From Bacteroidota bacterium (GTDB lineage: Bacteria > Bacteroidota > Bacteroidia > Bacteroidales > VadinHA17), in NCBI GenBank assembly GCA_003250475.1, contig QKGI01000136.1, positions 19,188 through 83,187 on the forward strand: a stretch of 64,000 bases of DNA, given 5' to 3'. Within the stretch, counting starts at the first letter, position 1. Each line of letters starts with the position of its first letter. The translations under genes and the position numbers were made by a program. This document shows positions 56,195-64,000 of this stretch, piece after piece. The notes beneath the pieces are model-generated. The model had not been told where the DNA came from. It ran no database searches and saw only the letters and a program-made list of their open reading frames with translations.

Positions 56195-58192
56195 TTGAGA
56201 AAAATCACCGCAATAGCAGTCATGGCCCTGACCGGCACATTGATGGCAGGGGCACAGGATCCTGCCGGTGTCCTGAACTGGAAGTCTGAGACCTCTCTCA
56301 GAACGTACCTGCTTCAGAAGATGCACCAGCAGTATGATACCCGCAGAGCCCTTTTTGAACGTGCAGCGCTCACTACTGACGGTATTGGCGATTATATCAG
56401 ATCATGCAGGGAAAAATACCTGGGTCTTCTGGGCACCTTGCCCGGGAAGACACCCCTTAACCCTGTTGTTACGGGTAAGATGGAATATGATGACTACTCG
56501 ATTGAGAATATCATTTTTGAGTCGAGACCGGGCCATCATGTGACATCAAACATTTATATACCCTCAGGTGAAGGACCCTTTCCTGCAGTGCTGTTTTTCT
56601 GCGGTCATGAAATGACATCAAAAGCAACGGCATCATACCAGCAGACGGCTATTCTCTTTGTCAGAAACGGTTTTGTCGTACTTGTTGTCGACCCTGTATC
56701 ACAGGGCGAAAGAGTCCAGTTTACCGATACCTGCGGAAACAGGATACTCAGAGGCAGCACCACTGAACACACACTGCTTAACGCGGGTGCTTTGCTTACC
56801 GGCGGCAGCGTGGCAGCCTGGGAACTGCATGACAATGTAAGGTCACTTGACTATCTGGTCTCAAGGCAGGAAGTTGACAGCTCCAGGACAGGTTGCCTGG
56901 GCAACTCCGGTGGCGGGGCTCAGACACTATACTTTGCAGCATTTGACGATAGGGTTAAGGTTGCGGCACCATGCAGCTTTATTACAAGCAGGGAACGCGA
57001 GTACGAAATGAACGGAACAGGTGACGGATGCCAGCAGCTGCCATCAGAAGGAAAGGCGCAACTTGAGATAGCGGATTACCTGATGCTTTTTGCCCCTAAA
57101 CCCCTGCTGGTTCTTGCGGGACGGTATGATTTTGTTGACTACCAGGGTACCCTTGATGCATCAGCAGAACTTGAGAAGGTTTATGAAAGCATGGGAGAAG
57201 AGGATAAATTCAGACTCTTTTCTTTTGATGATGGCCACGGAATATCAGAACCCAAACGGGTGGAGGCAGTCAGGTGGTTTAAAAAATGGCTTGGCAATGA
57301 TGCCCGGGTGATAACGGCACCCGTAAATGAACCATCTGCGCCGGAACAGCTCTGGTGCACGCCTGCAGGGCAGGTTACTTCACTTTATAAAGATGAGGTT
57401 ACCTTTCAGGCAGTGAACGCCGGCATCCTGAATTACCTGGGTGAATCCCGACATGAGTTCATCAGCCGCAATGACCCCGAAGCAGTAAGGTCGAAACTGA
57501 ACACTCTTCTGGCAACAGGGGACCGAAGCCATGATCCGGAAGTTGAAGAGGTAGCCACGGTACAAGGGCCGGGTTATGTAATGAACAAGCTTATTATCAG
57601 GAACGGGGAGCAGCCGCCTCTGCCATGCCTGATGGTGACGCCTGACTCAAAATATCCTGCTGACACTCTTGTAATCGTTCTTGATCACCGTGGCAAATCA
57701 TCGGTTCTGGCGGACCCCAAATTCATTAGGGGAACAGGTGATGACGCCGGGAAGATTTATCTGCTGGCTGACCTTCGCGGCATGGGAGAGACCGCCGAGA
57801 AGCCCGGTGTTAATGACCCCAAATATTACAACAGTGAGTATCATAATGCAGTTCTCAGCCTTCATAGCGGACAACCGTTACCGGGCCAGCGCGTTACTGA
57901 TATCCTGACACTGCTTGACTTTGCCGGGACACAACACACTATCAGCAAGCTGCCGGTAAAGATCATTGCATCCGGACCGGCTGCACCCGCAGCCCTGATG
58001 GCTGCTGTCTGCGACAGCCGGATAACCTCACTTAAGCTATCCGCAACAATCAGATCATTTGCCGAGATTACAGGAAGACCGATGGAAAAAGATTGGTATT
58101 CATACGTTGTTCCCGGGATAATGAAATATTTTGATCTGCCTGACCTGGCCTCCATGAGACCCGGGCTTAAAGTTGAATATGTCAGTAACTGA
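56195..58192 (+). CDS. alpha/beta-hydrolase carbohydrate-esterase-like protein
   Basis: The ORF track begins at TTG 56126. I prefer TTG 56195 (MRKITAIAVMALTGTLMAGAQ signal peptide), but the start is uncertain. It has the nucleophile elbow CLGNSGGGAQ and an acetyl-xylan-esterase/dienelactone-hydrolase-like layout. Confidence 0.55.
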   Translation: MRKITAIAVMALTGTLMAGAQDPAGVLNWKSETSLRTYLLQKMHQQYDTRRALFERAALTTDGIGDYIRSCREKYLGLLGTLPGKTPLNPVVTGKMEYDDYSIENIIFESRPGHHVTSNIYIPSGEGPFPAVLFFCGHEMTSKATASYQQTAILFVRNGFVVLVVDPVSQGERVQFTDTCGNRILRGSTTEHTLLNAGALLTGGSVAAWELHDNVRSLDYLVSRQEVDSSRTGCLGNSGGGAQTLYFAAFDDRVKVAAPCSFITSREREYEMNGTGDGCQQLPSEGKAQLEIADYLMLFAPKPLLVLAGRYDFVDYQGTLDASAELEKVYESMGEEDKFRLFSFDDGHGISEPKRVEAVRWFKKWLGNDARVITAPVNEPSAPEQLWCTPAGQVTSLYKDEVTFQAVNAGILNYLGESRHEFISRNDPEAVRSKLNTLLATGDRSHDPEVEEVATVQGPGYVMNKLIIRNGEQPPLPCLMVTPDSKYPADTLVIVLDHRGKSSVLADPKFIRGTGDDAGKIYLLADLRGMGETAEKPGVNDPKYYNSEYHNAVLSLHSGQPLPGQRVTDILTLLDFAGTQHTISKLPVKIIASGPAAPAALMAAVCDSRITSLKLSATIRSFAEITGRPMEKDWYSYVVPGIMKYFDLPDLASMRPGLKVEYVSN

Positions 58193-58193
58193 A

Positions 58194-59807
58194 ATGATGA
58201 AAACGGCCGGGAGGATTATCATAACTTTAATATTGCCCTTATTACCCTTTTTAATCTGCTGCAACAGATCCGGGAGGGTTGAGGAATCAATATACACCAA
58301 TCCCGTCCTTCATGCCGATTACTCTGATCCTGATGTTATAAGGGCAGGGGATGATTATTATATGGTCGCCTCTTCATTCAATTGTGTGCCCGGGTTGCCG
58401 GTACTGCACTCAGGCGACCTTGTCAGCTGGGAACTTATTGGTTATGCCCTTGACCGCCTGACCCCGGAGGAACATTATTCATCTGTACAGCATGGAGGAG
58501 GCGTATGGGCTCCGTGCATCAGGATTCATAAAGGTCTGTTTTATATCTATTATCCTGATCCTGACCGTGGTATTTTCATGGTCAGTGCATCGGATCCCTC
58601 GGGTCCTTGGTCTTCACCGGTACAGGTCATGCAAGGAAAGGGATTGATTGATCCTTCTCCGCTCTGGGATAGCGATGGCAACGCTTATCTTGTTTATGCT
58701 TTCGCAGGTAGCAGGGCAGGAGTGAAAAGCGTGCTGATGATTACAAGGTTGAACAGTGAGGGCACCGCAACCTATGGCGAACAGGTGATGGTTTTCGACG
58801 GACATGACGATGAGCCTACCGTTGAGGGACCCAAAATCTACAAGAGAAACGGATGGTATTATATTTTTGCCCCTGCAGGTGGTGTCACCAACGGGTGGCA
58901 GCTTGTGCTAAGGTCAAAAGATATCTTCGGCCCTTACGAGAAAAGGATTGTCTTACACCAGGGAGAGAGCACGGTTAACGGGCCCCATCAGGGTGCATGG
59001 GTGACAACACGCAGAGGTGAGGACTGGTTCATTCATTTTCAGGATAAAGGTGCTTATGGCAGGATCGTTCATCTGCAGCCGGTGAGCTGGACAGACGACT
59101 GGCCGGTCATAGGAGCAGATAATAACGGTGACGGCATAGGAGAACCGGTGTCATCATTCACAAAACCAGATGCCGGCAGGGCCAGTCCTTCAGGTACACT
59201 CCGGGCAGGAGATGAGTTTAACTCTTCCACACTTGGCCTGCAGTGGCAGTGGCAGGCAAATCCCTCTTTGACATGGGGTTTTCCCTCGGAGGCTTATGGC
59301 TTTTACAGGCTTAACTGTACTGCCAGGCCCGACAGCATTGCAAACTTGTGGACAATACCCAACCTGTTACTGCAAAAGCTGCCGGCGGAGAAGTTTGTTG
59401 CAACGGCCTCAGTTAGGGTTACCCTGAGAAATGAGGGGGAAGAGTCCGGTATGATCATTATGGGAAAAGATTACCAGTATATCTCACTGAAAAGAATGGA
59501 AGGTAATACATGGCTCAGGGTTGCCAGGTGTATCGGCGCCGACAGGGGTTCACCGGAAGAAGAGATCTTCATCCAGCCACTGGAGACAGGGGAGATATTT
59601 CTAAGGATTAAAACTGAAGCCGGGGCTCTGTGTACATTCAGCTACAGCACAGATAACAAGGTTTTCAATGAAGCAGGAGAATCATTTATTGCCCGCGAAG
59701 GAGTGTGGACAGGAGCAAAATTCGGATTCTTTGCATTACGTGATGGGTTTATTAATGATGCAGGCTACGCTGACATCGACTGGGTACGAATCTTAACAAC
59801 AGATTGA
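58194..59807 (+). CDS. GH43 family glycoside hydrolase (arabinofuranosidase/xylosidase type) with C-terminal beta-sandwich domain
   Basis: NPVLHADYSDPDVIRAGDDYYMVASSF, DPSPLWDSDGNAYL and VEGPKIYKRNGWYYIF are GH43 catalytic blocks. The ATG at 58194 follows the previous stop directly. Confidence 0.88.
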   Translation: MMKTAGRIIITLILPLLPFLICCNRSGRVEESIYTNPVLHADYSDPDVIRAGDDYYMVASSFNCVPGLPVLHSGDLVSWELIGYALDRLTPEEHYSSVQHGGGVWAPCIRIHKGLFYIYYPDPDRGIFMVSASDPSGPWSSPVQVMQGKGLIDPSPLWDSDGNAYLVYAFAGSRAGVKSVLMITRLNSEGTATYGEQVMVFDGHDDEPTVEGPKIYKRNGWYYIFAPAGGVTNGWQLVLRSKDIFGPYEKRIVLHQGESTVNGPHQGAWVTTRRGEDWFIHFQDKGAYGRIVHLQPVSWTDDWPVIGADNNGDGIGEPVSSFTKPDAGRASPSGTLRAGDEFNSSTLGLQWQWQANPSLTWGFPSEAYGFYRLNCTARPDSIANLWTIPNLLLQKLPAEKFVATASVRVTLRNEGEESGMIIMGKDYQYISLKRMEGNTWLRVARCIGADRGSPEEEIFIQPLETGEIFLRIKTEAGALCTFSYSTDNKVFNEAGESFIAREGVWTGAKFGFFALRDGFINDAGYADIDWVRILTTD

Positions 59808-59810
59808 TTT

Positions 59811-62270
59811 ATGAGAGTAAACAGGTTTTTAATTATGGTCTTCCTGACAGGTCTGCTGTCGTCATTTAGCTGGCAGCCTGCAGACCAAATAGAAGGAAAA
59901 ATAAAAAAGAAAATCACCACTGTATGGCTTATAGGTGATTCAACAGTCGCTGACTACTCTCTTGAAAAGGATTACCTCCGGAAAAGATATCCGATCATGG
60001 GATGGGGCCAGGTCTTTCAGTCATTCATGACCCCGGATTCCCTGACTGCAGTAAGGCATATTATAAAAAAAGACAGCGTTATTGTTATAGACAGGGCCAG
60101 AGGCGGACGCAGTACCCGTTCCTTCTTCGAGGAAGGAAGATGGGCAGACGTTTTCGGAGCCCTGCGCCCCGGTGATGTTGTGATGATCCAGTTCGGCCAC
60201 AATGACGCTTCAGTCAATAAAGGAGAACGCTATACTTCATTACCAGGCTATAAGGAATTCCTGAGGCTCTACGTTAACCAGACCAGGGGGAAGGGTGCGA
60301 TACCTGTGCTTGTTACCCCTGTGGCGAGAAACTATCCCTGGAGGGATGGCAGTCTTGGCAATACCCACGGATCCTACCCCGATGCCATGAAAGAGGTGGC
60401 GGGTGAGACCGGTACTTACCTTATTGATCTGAACGCTCTGAGTATGGAGTTCTTCAGCAAAATGGGGCAGGATTATGTCTCCACCACATATTTCATGAAT
60501 TTTCCGGCCGGCCTCTACCCGGGTTATCCTGACGGAAGCAAAGACAATACCCACTTTCAGCCTGCCGGAGCCGTGGCAGTAGCACAACTTGTCTTCAGTG
60601 CGATGAAAGAATTAAAGGCATTGAATATAGCACAGGAGCCCGGCGTTGATGCTGACCGGATGACTCCTGCACCTCCGGCAGGAACCTCATCTCCTGCCGG
60701 CGAGATTTACAGGGATATTGAGTTTGAAATGCCACAGGTGACAGAGCCTCAGATACCCCTGAACAGCGTATCACTGGCCGACTTTGGTGCTGTCGGGGAC
60801 GGACTTACACTTAACACCGAATCTTTCAGGGAGGCGATAGATTACCTGTCGTCAAGGGGAGGAGGAACGGTCGTCATTCCACGCGGTATGTGGCTTACCG
60901 GCCCTGTGATATTAAAGAGCAATATACGGATGCATGCTGAAGAGGGTGCCCTGATTGTATTCAGCCCGGATAAAAGTCTTTACCCCCTCATTGAGACGAG
61001 TTTTGAGGGATATAATACTGTCAGGTGTATCTCTCCGATTTACGGCAAGGATATAGAAAACATAGCTTTTACAGGCAAAGGGGTATGGGATGGCAGCGGT
61101 CATGCCTGGCGCCCCGTCAAGCGCGAGAAAGTGCCACCTCCACAATGGCAGGAAATTGTGAGATCCGGAGGAGTGGTCAGTGATGACGGGAAAATGTGGT
61201 ATCCTTCCGAATCATATCGTAATGCACAGGAGATGAGCGACATGAACGTCCCATTGCAGCAGGGCGGCATAGAAGAATTTGAAATTATGAAGGATTTTCT
61301 TCGCCCGGTGATGGTCAGCTTTGTGAACTGCAGAAAAATTCTAATTGACGGCCCGGTATTCCAGAATTCCCCTGCATGGTGTATTCACCCACTCATGTGC
61401 GAGGACCTGACGGTAAGGAATATTACAGTGAGGAATCCCTGGTACTCTCAGAACGGTGATGGTATTGACATCGAATCATGCAGGAACACCCTGCTCTACA
61501 ATAGCAGCTTTGATGTGGGTGATGATGCCATCTGCATCAAATCGGGCAAGAACGAGGATGGAAGAAAAAGAGGGATACCGACGGAAAATCTCGTAATAAG
61601 GAACTGTACAGTCTATCATGGCCACGGTGGCGTTACCATCGGAAGTGAGATGTCCGGAGGGGTAAGGAACGTTTCCGTTGGTGGGTGTACATTCATGGGA
61701 ACGGATGTGGGCATACGTTTCAAGAGCAACCGCGGCCGGGGCGGAGTAGTTGAGGATATTTGGTTCAATGACATAATCATGACAAATATCCCATCACAGG
61801 CCATCTCCTTTAACATGTATTACAGTGGCCTCTCTGTTTCAGAGATGCTTGCCGAAGGGAAGAATGTCGAAACTACAACCGGTGATATTCCGCCCGTCAA
61901 TGAAGAAACCCCCTGGTTCAGGAACATTTCAATAAGTAATATTATGTGCCGGGGAGCACAACAGGCAATTTATCTCCAGGGACTTCCGGAGCTAAACCTT
62001 GAGAATATCAGGCTCGAGAACATTGACATGACAGCTGAGAACGGTATGACATGCATTGATTCAAAAGGCATAACAGTCACTGACATGAGGCTTGTTACCG
62101 ACAATAAGCCGGTACTGTTCTTCCTGAACAGCACGGATGTGAGGATAGACAATATGAAGGTGAAGGATGAGGAGGAAGGCCTTGTTGAAATACTAGGCAG
62201 TTCTTCAAGGAACATCAGGGTCGAATCCGTTACACCCGGTGGTAAGGTCAGCGTAAATACATTCAAATGA
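59811..62270 (+). CDS. bifunctional CE12 rhamnogalacturonan acetylesterase-like (SGNH) / GH28 polygalacturonase-like protein
   Basis: N-terminal SGNH blocks: WLIGDSTVADY, GGRSTRSF, IQFGHNDAS, DNTHFQPAGA. C-terminal GH28 blocks: NSPAWCIHP, QNGDGIDIESC, GDDAICIKSG, HGHGGVTIGSE, GIRFKSNRGRGG. Confidence 0.88.
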   Translation: MRVNRFLIMVFLTGLLSSFSWQPADQIEGKIKKKITTVWLIGDSTVADYSLEKDYLRKRYPIMGWGQVFQSFMTPDSLTAVRHIIKKDSVIVIDRARGGRSTRSFFEEGRWADVFGALRPGDVVMIQFGHNDASVNKGERYTSLPGYKEFLRLYVNQTRGKGAIPVLVTPVARNYPWRDGSLGNTHGSYPDAMKEVAGETGTYLIDLNALSMEFFSKMGQDYVSTTYFMNFPAGLYPGYPDGSKDNTHFQPAGAVAVAQLVFSAMKELKALNIAQEPGVDADRMTPAPPAGTSSPAGEIYRDIEFEMPQVTEPQIPLNSVSLADFGAVGDGLTLNTESFREAIDYLSSRGGGTVVIPRGMWLTGPVILKSNIRMHAEEGALIVFSPDKSLYPLIETSFEGYNTVRCISPIYGKDIENIAFTGKGVWDGSGHAWRPVKREKVPPPQWQEIVRSGGVVSDDGKMWYPSESYRNAQEMSDMNVPLQQGGIEEFEIMKDFLRPVMVSFVNCRKILIDGPVFQNSPAWCIHPLMCEDLTVRNITVRNPWYSQNGDGIDIESCRNTLLYNSSFDVGDDAICIKSGKNEDGRKRGIPTENLVIRNCTVYHGHGGVTIGSEMSGGVRNVSVGGCTFMGTDVGIRFKSNRGRGGVVEDIWFNDIIMTNIPSQAISFNMYYSGLSVSEMLAEGKNVETTTGDIPPVNEETPWFRNISISNIMCRGAQQAIYLQGLPELNLENIRLENIDMTAENGMTCIDSKGITVTDMRLVTDNKPVLFFLNSTDVRIDNMKVKDEEEGLVEILGSSSRNIRVESVTPGGKVSVNTFK

Positions 62271-63616
62271 GATCGATATTATTTGTTACTCTCCTTCTTT
62301 TTACTGTGTTGAAGGTACCGGTAGCCCAGTTGCCGGCTTTCCCGGGGGCGGAAGGATACGGAAGGTATGTCACAGGAGGAAGGGGAGGTGATGTTTATAT
62401 CGTCACCAACCTGACTGATTCTGTTGTCAGTCCTCAGAAAGGATCACTACGCTGGGCCCTGAACAAGCACGGGGCCAGGACAATCGTTTTTGCCGTTTCG
62501 GGTACTATTGAGCTTAAACGGCGACTCCATATCTCGAAAGGTGATGTGACAATTGCAGGTCAGACTGCGCCGGGTGACGGTATTTGCATTAAGGGCGAAA
62601 CAGTATCCATTGAATCTGACAACGTGATTATACGGTATATCAGATTCAGATGCGGCAACGAGACACCGGGTGAAGAACCCAAGGATGCCATCTCATGCAT
62701 CCGCAACAGCAATATCATTGTTGATCACTGCTCAATGAGCTGGTCGGTGGATGAGGCGGCTTCGTTCTATGACAATGAGAATTTCACACTGCAGTGGTGT
62801 ATCATATCCGAGAGCCTCTACGAGGCAGGCCATCCCAAGGGTGCTCATGGCTACGGAGGTATCTGGGGAGGAATGGGAGCGACGTTCCACCATAACCTGC
62901 TGGCAAGCCACACAAGCCGCCTGCCGCGCTTCTGCGGAGCCAGATACCATCCCGGCACAAAAGAGAAGGAAATTGTTGACTTCCGTAATAACGTGATCTT
63001 TAACTGGGGATTTAACAGTTCATATGGTGGTGAGCTCGGACAACAAAATATGATCAACAATTACTATAAGGCGGGACCTGCCACCACAAGTCAGTCAGAA
63101 TACAGGATTGTCGAGCCTTTTGATTCCCTGGGCAGATGGTATATTAACGGTAACTATATGACAGGAAGCAGGGAGATCTCATCTGACAACTGGAATGGCG
63201 GCGTGCAGGGTGACTTTGCATCAGTAGCATCTATCAGATCATTGAAGCCTTTCCCATATGTTCCCCTGAGGACACAAAGTGCAAGGGGTGCATATAAATC
63301 GGTACTTAGAAACGCGGGGGCTGTCCTTCCCAGGCGTGACAGCGTTGATGCGAGGATAATCAGCGAGACAATAACAGGCATGTGTGCCTACGGCGATACA
63401 TACGGCAGCAACACGGGAATCATCGACTCACAGAACAATGCAGGCGGATGGCCGGTCCTTGAGACCTATGACATTCTGCCTGACACAGACAATGACGGTA
63501 TGCCTGATGAGTGGGAAAGGCGGAGAGGATTAAATCCTGCCGATCCTTCTGACCGGAACAAAACAGCCCGGTCAGGATATACTATGCTTGAAGAATATAT
63601 AAACGGGATAAGGTAA
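62267..63616 (+). CDS. pectate lyase (PL1-like)
   Basis: Signal peptide, then AFPGAEGYGRYVTGGRGGDVYIVTNLTD, DNVIIRYIRFR, DHCSMSWSVDE and SRLPRF. The motif DTDNDGMPDEWE is near the C-terminus. It overlaps the upstream gene by 4 nt. Confidence 0.85.
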   Translation: MRSILFVTLLLFTVLKVPVAQLPAFPGAEGYGRYVTGGRGGDVYIVTNLTDSVVSPQKGSLRWALNKHGARTIVFAVSGTIELKRRLHISKGDVTIAGQTAPGDGICIKGETVSIESDNVIIRYIRFRCGNETPGEEPKDAISCIRNSNIIVDHCSMSWSVDEAASFYDNENFTLQWCIISESLYEAGHPKGAHGYGGIWGGMGATFHHNLLASHTSRLPRFCGARYHPGTKEKEIVDFRNNVIFNWGFNSSYGGELGQQNMINNYYKAGPATTSQSEYRIVEPFDSLGRWYINGNYMTGSREISSDNWNGGVQGDFASVASIRSLKPFPYVPLRTQSARGAYKSVLRNAGAVLPRRDSVDARIISETITGMCAYGDTYGSNTGIIDSQNNAGGWPVLETYDILPDTDNDGMPDEWERRRGLNPADPSDRNKTARSGYTMLEEYINGIR

Positions 63617-63723
63617 TACTCCTGTCCGGAACGATAAGACGGACACTGACTGTAGGGATTTTGTAGAAACGGGTAAATATGTCTATTTTCAGGTGGTCAT
63701 TTATCACAAAAAAAATAGAGCAT

Positions 63724-64000
63724 ATGAGAGCATATTTTGTCCTGTTGCTTTTGTGCCTGGCACGATTGGTATCATCCCAGTCCCTTGACGGATTTATTCC
63801 TTCCGGTCTCTTTGATGAGCAGCAGATGGTAATTGAAAACTCTCCTCCCGGGACAAGGATACTCATCAACGCCCCGTTAACCGGATTCGACAGGAACGAC
63901 AGGGTGCTGCTGGTGATATATGCTCTTCCTAACGGAAACACCATAGAACAAACATTTGGTAAAAGGCTTAAAGCAGGAGACGACTGGCATTATGACATCC
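63724..64000 (+). CDS. secreted protein, unknown function (5' part only; runs off window end)
   Basis: My own translation from ATG 63724 gives MRAYFVLLLLCLARLVSSQSLDGFIPSGLFDEQQMVIENSPPGTRILINAPLTGFDRNDRVLLVIYALPNGNT... The frame is open to the window end and has a signal-peptide-like N-terminus. Confidence 0.4.
   Translation, partial: MRAYFVLLLLCLARLVSSQSLDGFIPSGLFDEQQMVIENSPPGTRILINAPLTGFDRNDRVLLVIYALPNGNTIEQTFGKRLKAGDDWHYDI

Overview
This is a chromosomal segment from a member of Bacteroidota. The evidence is two SusC/SusD pairs, lipoprotein-rich secreted proteins, TAnnTTTG-type -7 boxes and an sdhCAB/frdCAB-type operon. All family calls come from motif recognition in the supplied translations and my own reading of the DNA; no searches were run. 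About half the window is housekeeping: sdhCAB (sdhB runs off the left edge), comEB-like deaminase plus S41 protease, dxs, tRNA-Leu(CAA), frr, pyrH, tsf, rpsB, rpsI, rplM, guaD, an Mpg-type glycosylase and purD. There are two accessory blocks. (1) At 49.4-63.6 kb lies a conventional pectin/rhamnogalacturonan PUL: SusC, SusD, a beta-helix surface protein, an esterase, GH43, a CE12-GH28 fusion and PL1. (2) At 8.9-23.0 kb lies an unusual nine-gene co-directional SusC/SusD operon with no carbohydrate-active enzymes. It carries an M14 carboxypeptidase, an IadA-type isoaspartyl dipeptidase, a PHB-depolymerase/LpqC-like lipoprotein hydrolase, two DcuC-type carriers and a DASS carrier. A divergent gene encodes a membrane-anchored SARP/BTAD-like regulator. 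I consider this candidate acidic/isoaspartyl-peptide utilisation locus the most likely undescribed system. The second candidate is at 27.7-32.1 kb: an ECF sigma/FecR pair flanked by two paralogous CarboxypepD_reg-domain proteins that are not TonB-dependent transporters. One paralog carries an STN-like signalling extension, suggesting cell-surface signalling through a non-barrel partner. Other points of interest are an octaheme c-type cytochrome lipoprotein apparently co-transcribed with a PhzF-like gene, tRNA-Leu 5' fragment copies with an 8-bp tandem repeat, and a terminator-like hairpin in the rplM leader. No CRISPR array, IS element, integrase or prophage gene was seen.
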